Below the pieces are notes generated by a model. That model was not told the origin of the DNA, ran no database searches, and saw nothing but the letters and a program-made list of their open reading frames with translations. Positions 7,368-15,419 of a stretch of DNA of 64,000 bases are shown piece by piece. The stretch is from an uncultured Clostridia bacterium (GTDB taxonomy: Bacteria; Bacillota; Clostridia; TANB77; CAG-508), in assembly GCA_947625835.1 (NCBI GenBank), contig CANQPY010000001.1:115981-179980 (forward strand). Reading direction: 5' to 3'. A program made the position numbers and the translations under genes. Each line of letters opens with the position of its first letter. Position 1 is the first letter of the stretch.

Positions 7368-7443
7368 GGGGGAATAGCTCAGTTGGTAGAGCGCCTGCCC
7401 TGCAAGCAGGAGGTCGTGCGTTCGAATCGCATTTCTTCCACCA
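7368..7443 (+). tRNA. tRNA-Ala(UGC), C32-C33 loop
   Basis: Acceptor GGGGGAA/TTCTTCC, stem CCTGC/GCAGG, loop CCTGCAA, T-arm GTGCG-TTCGAAT-CGCAT, CCA. Confidence 0.85.
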
Positions 7444-7445
7444 AA

Positions 7446-7538
7446 AATTACTTTCCCTTATAATTTGCGGGGTAGCTTAATCTTCATAGAGCGTCGTCAT
7501 CCCGGTATGAAATCCGGGCCCCGCAAGGGAAAGTAATT
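7446..7538 (+). ncRNA. anticodon-less tRNA-like RNA enclosed by a 14-bp stem (Y-RNA/YrlA-like architecture), copy 1
   Basis: AATTACTTTCCCTT (7446-59) pairs with AAGGGAAAGTAATT (7525-38). 58-nt core GCGGGG..CCCCGC has the hairpin CCCGG-N8-CCGGG and no anticodon arm. Confidence 0.55.
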
Positions 7539-7551
7539 ATAATATGATCAT

Positions 7552-7806
7552 ATAGTTTACTGAGCTATTGGTACTTACTTCTTATTTAATTATCATGGAA
7601 AATTAGCATAGTACTAAAATATATTGTAAACTATTTGAATTTTTATTTACCTCACAGCTAGTAGTCCTTACTTCGCTTATAGCAACAATCTTTTAAATTG
7701 TAACTAGGACTACAATAAGAACATTTTTTATCTCAAAGCTATTGTGGCTTACTTCTAACATAATCGCATTTAAAATTATTATAGAGTCACAAAATATTCT
7801 TTGAGA
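7552..7806 (+). repeat. three long imperfect hairpins sharing the motif AGCTAnTnGTnCTTACTTC
   Basis: Motif at 7563-81, 7656-74, 7737-55. Stems ATAGTTTAC/GTAAACTAT, GTAGTCCT/AGGACTAC, TCTCAAAG/CTTTGAGA. Confidence 0.6.
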
Positions 7807-7825
7807 TTTTTTTTCTCATATCAAA

Positions 7826-9931
7826 ATGGAGGCAGATATGGAAGATCTTTATAAAAATTACTTGTTCAGTAAGGGATTTCTAGTTAGTGATCCTAAGGGA
7901 TCTCATGAACCCCAAGATGTTTTCAGTTCCCTAATTGGTCTTGGTAAACTATTTGGTATTGTAGTTACTAAACAGGCTAATCTTGCAGATGTAGCTATGA
8001 TCCATACTGCAGAGGAATGTTTAGGAGGGATTCATATAGCTGAACCTTTCTATAGAGGCTTTCCAGGCAGTGTTCTTAAATTAACTAGAGATCAATTAAT
8101 TATAGATCAACTTTATTCCTATTTTATTACTTATGGGATGGATGATTTTGAAGGTGAAGGGACAAGATCTATATTTGAGGACCAAATAAAGAGGGATGTA
8201 CTTAATGAAAAGACAGACCCTAAATATTTTGAAATTTTAACGGAAGAACAGGCATTTGAAAAGCTTGATAGTTATGTTGATGATCTTTTACTATCTACAA
8301 GACCTCTTAATGCTACCCAGTACAATCTAGTGAAAACCGTGGTTAACAGAAATATGGACCTCAATATAAAGTCTTTTAAAATTGCCAGTAAGAATACTGC
8401 AATAAAATTGCTAGTTGATACTAGATTAGAGTTATTTGCTGAGAGATTTCTTACTCTTCCTGACACTATTAAAGTTGTTGAGGAACTACTTAATACCCGT
8501 TATCCTGATCAAAAAATTAATAAACTTAACCTTACAAATAAGGATAGAAAGTTTGTTGGATGCTTGATCTTTGTTCTTACTCGTAAGGCTACAGAAAACC
8601 AGATGAGGGAATGTCTTGAGAAGAGAAAGATATGGAAGGGACTTCTCCATCATATTCATCTTAATCCTAGAAATCCTCGTGCACCTAGAAATAAGAATGA
8701 GGAAACATTTATCAAGATGATTTTTGATGATAGCCAACGCTCATGTTTGTCTTCTGTAGAATATTATATTAGCACTGGAAAAATTCACCAAGCTTGTGAT
8801 GTTTTAAAAACTACAAAAGGTGCTACTGCAGTTCTTAGAAATATGAATTATCTTCTTAGTAGATGTAAGACAGATGAAGATAAAGATTATGTAATAGAAA
8901 GTGCGTTTGAATCAAATTCCCCCATTGTTCTTATTCAGCAATTGTACAATTATTATAATTACGATACTGATAATAATGATTGCAGAACATTCAAATTTAC
9001 TAAGAATAATCTCTTTGTAGTTCATAAAGAAACAGCAGAGGAAAATTCAAGAAGAAAGTCATATATTACAGCTAAAGATAAGGAAAAGATAGCTCTTAAA
9101 CTTGAAAATAAACTCCAAGATGTTCTTAAGAACAGATTAGGTAAAGTTTATATAGATCCAGATATGGTCAATATTGCAGTTCCTATTCAAGAGACTACAG
9201 GCAATTCAGGTTATGGAGTACTTACTAGAGGAAGTAGAATTCCCCTTGATAGTAGAATAGTTAGATTGTTTACATATTGGGAAAAGGTAAACGATATTGA
9301 CTTATCAGCTATTGCCATAATGAATGATGGGAAGGCAACAGAATTTTCTTGGAGAACATTTGCGTCTATTCAAAACAACATTATTTGTTTCTCTGGAGAC
9401 CAAACAAGAGGCTATAATGGGGGTTCTGAATATATTGATGTAGATGTTGATAATTTCAAAGCCTACTATCCTGATGCTAAATATCTAATAGTTTGTGATA
9501 ACGTATTCTCAGGTGTTCCATTTGATTCTTGTGAATGTGCAGCTGGGTATATGGTACGCCAAGAAGTAAATAGTGGAGAAGTATTTGAGCCTAAGACAGT
9601 TAAAACACTGTTTTCAGTTAAAGGTAATTCAACTTTCTCCTACTTATTTGCAATTGATTTAGATACCAAAGAAATGGTATGGCTAAATGTAATGAGGGAT
9701 AGTAATGAAACTGTAGCTGGGACTACTGACCTTAAATTCCTTATTCCTTATATTGAATCTGTAAATGCTCTTAATTTGTATAAATTATTTACTTATTTAG
9801 CTACAGAAGTTGTAGATAATATGGGGGATGCAGATGTAATTGTGACAGACAAAGCACTAAAAGGTTTTGGGGATTGTCAAACACTTATTCATAGTAATGA
9901 TATTGAAAAAATCATGAAGCTAATTAACTAA
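7826..9931 (+). CDS. 701-aa protein: helical N-terminal region + C-terminal TerD-like domain (possible divergent Ro/TROVE-like protein)
   Basis: ORF track (alternative in-frame ATG 7838 after GGAGG). C-terminus NDIDLSAIAIMNDGK..FSGDQTRGYNGGSEYIDVDVD..YLIVCDNVF fits the TerD pattern. RKIWKGLLHHIHLNPRN weakly resembles Ro60 GWSHKDLLRLSHLKP. Confidence 0.85.
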   Translation: MEADMEDLYKNYLFSKGFLVSDPKGSHEPQDVFSSLIGLGKLFGIVVTKQANLADVAMIHTAEECLGGIHIAEPFYRGFPGSVLKLTRDQLIIDQLYSYFITYGMDDFEGEGTRSIFEDQIKRDVLNEKTDPKYFEILTEEQAFEKLDSYVDDLLLSTRPLNATQYNLVKTVVNRNMDLNIKSFKIASKNTAIKLLVDTRLELFAERFLTLPDTIKVVEELLNTRYPDQKINKLNLTNKDRKFVGCLIFVLTRKATENQMRECLEKRKIWKGLLHHIHLNPRNPRAPRNKNEETFIKMIFDDSQRSCLSSVEYYISTGKIHQACDVLKTTKGATAVLRNMNYLLSRCKTDEDKDYVIESAFESNSPIVLIQQLYNYYNYDTDNNDCRTFKFTKNNLFVVHKETAEENSRRKSYITAKDKEKIALKLENKLQDVLKNRLGKVYIDPDMVNIAVPIQETTGNSGYGVLTRGSRIPLDSRIVRLFTYWEKVNDIDLSAIAIMNDGKATEFSWRTFASIQNNIICFSGDQTRGYNGGSEYIDVDVDNFKAYYPDAKYLIVCDNVFSGVPFDSCECAAGYMVRQEVNSGEVFEPKTVKTLFSVKGNSTFSYLFAIDLDTKEMVWLNVMRDSNETVAGTTDLKFLIPYIESVNALNLYKLFTYLATEVVDNMGDADVIVTDKALKGFGDCQTLIHSNDIEKIMKLIN

Positions 9932-10000
9932 CCAATTTTTGAGAAGTGATTGTTTACCACTAAGCAACACTCTTTTTAATAAAAGAAAGTGGTATAATAT

Positions 10001-10083
10001 CCTGATGTGGCGAAATTGGCATACGCGCATGCCTTAGGAGCATGTGAGAGATCATGGAGGTTCGACCCCTCTCATCAGGACCA
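10001..10083 (+). tRNA. tRNA-Leu(UAG)
   Basis: Acceptor CCTGATG/CATCAGG, stem CATGC/GCATG, loop CTTAGGA, long variable arm, T-loop TTCGACC, CCA. Confidence 0.9.
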
Positions 10084-10114
10084 TTAAATAAGTAAATTGG
10101 AGGCAACAATTCTT

Positions 10115-10300
10115 ATGAATGAAGAGCTTACGGCTCAGCAAAAGCTGGATATTATTGTTAAATGCATTGATTATGGAGCACCTGCTCTTAAAGAAGACCT
10201 CATTAATTATCTTAACAATGTATTAAGCCTTGCTAATATATATCTCGCTAGCCAAGCAGTACCACCACAAACAGAAGAAACAGAAAATCAAATTAAGTGA
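10115..10300 (+). CDS. hypothetical small protein
   Basis: ORF 10097..10300; ATG 10115 is 11 nt after GGAGG; stop overlaps first 2 nt of tRNA-Ser. Confidence 0.65.
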   Translation: MNEELTAQQKLDIIVKCIDYGAPALKEDLINYLNNVLSLANIYLASQAVPPQTEETENQIK

Positions 10301-10388
10301 CAGGATGGCAGAGCTTGGCTGATTGCGCCAGTCTTGAAAACTGGATAGGGTAACACCTACGGGGGTTCAAATCCCTCTCCTGTCGCCA
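10299..10388 (+). tRNA. tRNA-Ser(UGA)
   Basis: Acceptor GACAGGA/TCCTGTC, stem CCAGT/ACTGG, loop CTTGAAA, long variable arm, T-arm GGGGG-TTCAAAT-CCCTC, CCA. Confidence 0.9.
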
Positions 10389-10415
10389 AAACATAAATAA
10401 AAATGGAGTATATAA

Positions 10416-10876
10416 ATGAATAATTTAACCAAGATTAATACTCCTGACCTCTCATTCACTGGGGGGGGGGCTCAAACTTTCTAGAGTGGCTTACTGACAA
10501 GATCTTCCCAGTTGGTACATATTTTTCAACCGAAAGTACTTTTAACCCTAATAGTACCTTTGCTGGAGAATGGAGCGAGTTACCTCAAGGCACCTTCCTC
10601 ATGGCGGTAGGAAGCGGCGGCACAGCAGGGCAGAAGGGCGGCAGCGCAGATGCGGTTGTGGTAAAACATAATCATACCATTGTTACGCTGTTGAACACTG
10701 GAAATGGTGTGCAGAGTGAAGATCTCACAATAATATATCCACAAGGATATAATAGTAGACAAATAAGCTACTATAATAAAAATCAGCCTGTTTATGCAGA
10801 AGATACAGGCGTTGACGGCACAGGCAAAAACCTTCCTCCTTATATTACAGCACACATTTGGAAAAGAACTAAATAA
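10416..10876 (+). CDS. fibre/baseplate-tip-type protein, interrupted at a G10 tract (out of frame in this sequence)
   Basis: GGAG + ATG 10416 gives MNNLTKINTPDLSFTGGG, then a stop at 10482. The frame after G10 (10461-70) continues into ORF 10601..10876: ..FPVGTYFSTESTFNPNSTFAGEWSELPQGTFLMAVGSGGTAGQKGGSADAVVVKHNHT. Confidence 0.65.
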
Positions 10877-10908
10877 AAACAAACAAATAAAAAGGAGCTT
10901 TATCTCTC

Positions 10909-10998
10909 ATGAAATGTAATATTTTTGTGGGGGGGGGGGCAAATAGACTAATTACCACCTCTCCTAAGAATAGAACCTCTCCAAAGGAGGTTTTATAA
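10909..10998 (+). promoter_or_regulatory. 29-codon upstream ORF with G11 tract, ending 1 nt before the fibre start codon
   Basis: AGGAG 10893-97, ATG 10909, G11 10929-39, TAA 10996-98. Anti-SD TCTCC 10978-82 can pair with GGAGG 10986-90. Confidence 0.6.
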
Positions 10999-10999
10999 T

Positions 11000-11930
11000 A
11001 TGGCAAATAATAATGCAATTCGATTCTTAAGAGGGGATAGTTCAAAGAAGAGTGCAGATATTACCCTACTTGCTGGGCAACCCTTCTATGAAACCAACAC
11101 TAATAAATTGTATGTTGGAGATGGTAAAACAGCGTTGAATAAATTATCATCAATAACTAGCAATGTGGAAAATAATATTAACACTTTAAATAATAGAGTT
11201 TCTAATCTAGATCCTTATAAATATTTTTGGCAAGGTTTGTTTTCTAAAAGACTAGCTGTAAGAGTAGGTGACAGATCATTTATTACAATAAACGAGTGTG
11301 CATTTCCGGCTTTATGCGTGGATACTTATGAGTCCTCCGGAAATATAAACAGCGTATGGCAAGTCAGTTACATCGTTGAAAAAAAAAGAGTTACTATTAA
11401 TTTCTCACCCTACATGGGGACAAACTAATTCGAATAAATGGGGAACTACAGTTATATATAATTACTTAAATAATGATATTTATAGCCTTCTTCCTACATA
11501 CCTTCAAAGTTGTATAGTCCCTGTAGATAAATCCATGGGAACTTACACTACAAGGCCGTCAGGTAGTACTTATTATGACATTGGTGCTTCATCTAGACTT
11601 TGGATTCCTTCAGCACAAGAGATTTGGGGGCCAAGTGTAAATTGGTTAAATGTTGATAGGAGAGGTATATCTGTAGATGGTGGTTCGACCCAGTTTGAGT
11701 ATTATAAACAATTGTTAGGGGATAATGCAAACCCTCAAGATTCCAAGGTAGCAGCTATGCTAGCTCCTACTATAAAAATATGGTTGAGAAATTATTCTGG
11801 GCCATATAATGAGGGCTTTTATCCAAGGGGTTGCTTATTAGACACTTCTGGGTTTTTAGACAATGGTGTGGACTATAGTCAGAAAAATTCCTTAGTTTTT
11901 TGTTTTGTTTTGGGCCAATTAAGTAATTAA
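11000..11930 (+). CDS. tail-fibre-like protein (HylP/Mtd N-terminal-type motif), split by an A9 tract
   Basis: ORFs 11000..11428 and 11376..11930 overlap at A9 (11379-87). Joined, they align along the full length of paralogue 15507..16298 (WQVSY..TWG..VPVDKSMGTY..LWIPSAQEIWG). Confidence 0.7.
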
Positions 11931-11976
11931 CAAATTTGATTAAACATTTCTTCCTAAAGGAACCGACTAAAAATAG

Positions 11977-12005
11977 TTGATTCCTTTCTTGTTGTTTATT
12001 ACAAT
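11977..12005 (+). promoter_or_regulatory. early promoter cassette (TTGATT-17-TACAAT)
   Basis: AAAATAG-TTGATT..TACAAT upstream of 12032. Confidence 0.7.
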
Positions 12006-12031
12006 AAAAGTAAGAAGGGGAAATATTTTAT

Positions 12032-12739
12032 ATGGGTAAGATAACCTTAACAAGCGATGAAATCAACCACCTGAAAGAAACTGCAAAGATTCTAATCAAC
12101 ATTTCTACAAATGATGAATCTTCTCTTGCCGATCTTCATTGCAATATGGATGAGCATATGGACTATTCCAACAGCATATTTAAGAAAATAGCTGATGATT
12201 ATGACCATTACTCCGATGCATTTGCTGATATTGGGAAAATTATTCAGGTAATTGCTGAAGAAACATCAGATGAAGAGAAAGCACCTTCTACACCTCAAGC
12301 AAAAAGGAAAATTGGATTAAAAGAACTTGAAGGGGATCATATTTTATCAGGTGTTGAACTTGGCCAGGCAATGCATAAACGGGATGGTTGGCCTGAAAAA
12401 GATTATTGTAACTATGTCAAGTTCACAATTGATAATATCCATTATAGAGTATTTGAAGACCCTAGTGATGGTTATCGTAGTTATTGTGAAGATCTTGAGA
12501 TTGTAGATGAACCCTGTAATACCAGACTTCCTGATATTGAAGTTGAAATAAAATATATTAGCGTTAAACATCTTGGCGACAGTGACTTTTGGGCTGAAGA
12601 TTGCGATGTTATCCAATTTATTGATAAAGCCAATCATAAGTTGGTCCTTGAAGTGGGTACTGAAAATGTTGGTGACTGGTATCCCAGTTGCGTATTCCAT
12701 TATTATCCCGAGAATATGTCTTGTAACGAAGGGCGCTAA
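12032..12739 (+). CDS. hypothetical protein
   Basis: ORF track; AAGGGGAAA RBS. Confidence 0.8.
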   Translation: MGKITLTSDEINHLKETAKILINISTNDESSLADLHCNMDEHMDYSNSIFKKIADDYDHYSDAFADIGKIIQVIAEETSDEEKAPSTPQAKRKIGLKELEGDHILSGVELGQAMHKRDGWPEKDYCNYVKFTIDNIHYRVFEDPSDGYRSYCEDLEIVDEPCNTRLPDIEVEIKYISVKHLGDSDFWAEDCDVIQFIDKANHKLVLEVGTENVGDWYPSCVFHYYPENMSCNEGR

Positions 12740-12758
12740 ATTAGTTGGAGAATTTTTT

Positions 12759-12986
12759 ATGTTAATTGCAATTATATTATTAATCCCTATTGTTTTTATG
12801 GCAATTGGAATTTTTATATTTTTATTTCCAAAGAAAAAATCAGATAAAGGCCCTAAAATTACAGATTTGTTCTATGCTGAAACAAAGGATAGTTGTAGAA
12901 CTGTCACTGAAATGTACACCATTATAGAAGATATCAAAAAGAATGGTGGTGAATATCTTAAAAATAAGAAAAAGGAAGAGAAATAA
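12759..12986 (+). CDS. small membrane protein
   Basis: ORF 12573..12986 trimmed to ATG 12759 after GGAG; N-terminal MLIAIILLIPIVFMAIGIFIFLF. Confidence 0.7.
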   Translation: MLIAIILLIPIVFMAIGIFIFLFPKKKSDKGPKITDLFYAETKDSCRTVTEMYTIIEDIKKNGGEYLKNKKKEEK

Positions 12987-12993
12987 AATCCAT

Positions 12994-13386
12994 ATGCAAG
13001 CTTTTATTTTGGAAAGAATAACCAATGATTATAATCTAGAAACTAAACTAATTTCTAACCCTGCTATGGCTGCAATAGAATTTGCGAAATGGATAAAGCA
13101 AATGCCTAAAGAGCAAGACAGGCAAGTAGCTTTTAGAGATGCAAATATGACTGTTGCCTATGTAGTAACACCCCATATGCCTACACCTTTATGGGCACTA
13201 ATAAAAATTCCATCAGGGAATACGCCAACAGTGGAGTTTTATGCAAGAGAAACAGAAAAATCATGGCGTAAGAAAATCTTAGAAGATTTAAAGTCAAGTA
13301 CAGTTATGGGGGGTATAAAAGCGGCATGTTTCTTAAACATGCAAACCCTAGTGATTGCAGAAAATTTTAATAAAGAAGGGGTGTGA
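12994..13386 (+). CDS. hypothetical protein
   Basis: ORF 12943..13386 trimmed to first ATG after previous stop. Confidence 0.65.
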   Translation: MQAFILERITNDYNLETKLISNPAMAAIEFAKWIKQMPKEQDRQVAFRDANMTVAYVVTPHMPTPLWALIKIPSGNTPTVEFYARETEKSWRKKILEDLKSSTVMGGIKAACFLNMQTLVIAENFNKEGV

Positions 13387-13392
13387 ATTACC

Positions 13393-13620
13393 ATGTACTG
13401 GCTGATATTTTTATTTTCAGGAATTGTTTTACTAATAGGTGCCATAGGAATTGCCTATTGTGAAGCGGCTGTTCATGACTCTGACAGCAAAAAATTTGTT
13501 CAATCTCTACGTAAAGAAAAAGTAGAAAAAGACGCTGAAGAGGTCATTAAGGAAGCCTTAAATAAACTTGAGGAAGAGGGATTTGAAAATTTTGATGTTT
13601 ATAAGCACAAATTCAAATAA
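13393..13620 (+). CDS. small membrane-anchored protein
   Basis: ORF track; N-terminal hydrophobic segment. Confidence 0.75.
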   Translation: MYWLIFLFSGIVLLIGAIGIAYCEAAVHDSDSKKFVQSLRKEKVEKDAEEVIKEALNKLEEEGFENFDVYKHKFK

Positions 13621-13627
13621 TTTTTAG

Positions 13628-13656
13628 TTGATTCTTTTTCCATTTTCATTTATAAT
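13628..13656 (+). promoter_or_regulatory. early promoter cassette (TTGATT-17-TATAAT)
   Basis: TTTTTAG-TTGATT..TATAAT..AAAAAGTGAGGTA. Confidence 0.75.
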
Positions 13657-13687
13657 AACAGAGAAGAAAAAAGTGAGGTAGTTGAAA

Positions 13688-13966
13688 ATGACCAAGAAGG
13701 AAATCTTTGAAAGTTGCGTGGCTAAGGAAGACAGAGAAGATCTAATCAATCTTTGCAAGATGTTTCTTAAGCATTACTATAAGGCAGAAAATAATAATTA
13801 CCACATGCAGCTTAGAGATCTCCTTAAGCGTACAATTCAACAACTTGCTTGGAAAAATGGGTTGAACGTTACATTCAATAATAACTATCCTGACAAAGTT
13901 AGATTTTTTAATTACAGCGCTGAGTTTAGAGTAGACGCCCTTGTAGGGAATATTATTGAGGAATAA
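13688..13966 (+). CDS. hypothetical protein
   Basis: ORF 13682..13966; ATG 13688 after GTGAGGTA. Confidence 0.75.
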   Translation: MTKKEIFESCVAKEDREDLINLCKMFLKHYYKAENNNYHMQLRDLLKRTIQQLAWKNGLNVTFNNNYPDKVRFFNYSAEFRVDALVGNIIEE

Positions 13967-14115
13967 AAGTGGGGTGTAAAAATATGTTTACGAATAAAGA
14001 GTTTACATGGGCAGATTTAGCGTTCATTTATACTACTGACCTTTTTGAAACAATTTTTGTTTCACAATAAACTACATAGTGCGCTTTCTGGTAAGAAAAA
14101 TTGAGCTAAATTCAG

Positions 14116-14571
14116 ATGAGGTGGAATGTGAATAAAATCAAATTTGCAGTCCTTGATATTAAAGAGGGGCTTAAAGTAGTTGAGGTTGAAGATATAAAAT
14201 ATTCAACATTATGTTCTTACCTCCATGAAGATTATCTTGACCATGAGCATCCTACAAATATTAGGGGTGTATGGATGATTGAAGATGATGCTTTTGAATA
14301 CGCTCAAAAGGATCAGAATATCAATCAAGATTATGTTAATAATTACAGTCTTCCATTTTTCAAAGATATGTCAGGTACTATGGGAACTTGTGTCTTATTT
14401 AGGCCTGGTAAAACATTTGGTAAAGAAGGCAATTTTGACGACATTATTTCCCTTACAGAGAAAGATATAAAAACTATTGAAGCAAAAGTTAACGAGATTA
14501 AACATTTTGAGGATCTAGCACAGGAGTTAGCACATGAGATTGAAGTTAATAAAGGAAGAGTTGTTGCTTGA
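14116..14571 (+). CDS. hypothetical protein
   Basis: ORF track; GTG 14128 after GAGGTGG is an alternative start. Confidence 0.7.
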   Translation: MRWNVNKIKFAVLDIKEGLKVVEVEDIKYSTLCSYLHEDYLDHEHPTNIRGVWMIEDDAFEYAQKDQNINQDYVNNYSLPFFKDMSGTMGTCVLFRPGKTFGKEGNFDDIISLTEKDIKTIEAKVNEIKHFEDLAQELAHEIEVNKGRVVA

Positions 14572-15076
14572 AGCCACTTGGAGAAATCAAGCAAACCTTC
14601 AAAGACACTTTGAAAAGCAAGTGTTGAAAGATGGGGAAAAATTCAATCCAGATGATCCTAAATTTGCTTCAACCATGACCATTGATGATTATAAACAAGA
14701 AGCAGAGAAATTATCAACAGCAAAAGCTGATAAATCTGTTTATAAAATATATGAGCAAGATATTGAAGGTAATAAATATGAGGTTCCTAAAAGATCTCCA
14801 AACCTTGTTTCTGATATAATTGGATGGGAATTACTCCCTCAACCTGGAAGAGAAGGAAGAATGCCTAGAAAAATTAAGATTTCCAAATATATCAATCCTA
14901 AATTCTTCCCTCCCGAAGCCAAAGGTACTGGTAGGTATAGAGCAGCTGTATTTTATGTAGATGAACCTTCAGAAGACAATATTATTAGTTTTTTTATTAT
15001 CAGAGATGATAAGTTCAAAAATCTTTTCAAATATCAATGGAAAGATGAGTTGCCTGAAAATCAAAATAAAGAATAA
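14534..15076 (+). CDS. hypothetical protein
   Basis: ORF track; overlaps previous gene by 38 nt, start uncertain. Confidence 0.6.
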   Translation: MRLKLIKEELLLEATWRNQANLQRHFEKQVLKDGEKFNPDDPKFASTMTIDDYKQEAEKLSTAKADKSVYKIYEQDIEGNKYEVPKRSPNLVSDIIGWELLPQPGREGRMPRKIKISKYINPKFFPPEAKGTGRYRAAVFYVDEPSEDNIISFFIIRDDKFKNLFKYQWKDELPENQNKE

Positions 15077-15104
15077 AAAATAAATTTGTGAGGTAAATAA
15101 AAAA

Positions 15105-15374
15105 ATGGCAAAACATCAAGATCGTAAGAAACCTTCCCCTTCATTCAGTAATTTTTCTGATTCGAATCCTTTGCTCAGTTATTCATTTAAGCCTTATAGG
15201 ATTTCATGCAATGCTTATTCTACATCCAGAGTAACACTACCAGAAGCGGAAGAAATTGCACGTAAAATGCTCCAATGGTATTCTGAAGTTTGGATTGATA
15301 CTCCAAATGGAATGCACATTAATGTTGGAGATGGTACAGCAGTTGATTTTAATGAACTTGCAAAGGCTGTTTAA
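15105..15374 (+). CDS. hypothetical protein
   Basis: ORF track; GTGAGGTAAA RBS. Confidence 0.8.
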   Translation: MAKHQDRKKPSPSFSNFSDSNPLLSYSFKPYRISCNAYSTSRVTLPEAEEIARKMLQWYSEVWIDTPNGMHINVGDGTAVDFNELAKAV

Positions 15375-15419
15375 AAAGATAAAAAAAAAAATAAAATTAA
15401 AAAGGAGTTCTCTTCTCAT

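Noticed and set aside
9993-9998. TATAAT hexamer immediately upstream of tRNA-Leu(UAG) as its promoter
   Set aside because: It ends 2 nt before the mature tRNA 5' end, so the start site would fall inside the tRNA.
14103-14112. Imperfect GAGCTAAATT (and GGCTAAATTT at 161-170) as class-II promoters
   Set aside because: They differ from the exact decamer. They lie only about 4-13 nt from the nearest candidate start codon, which is too close to serve it.
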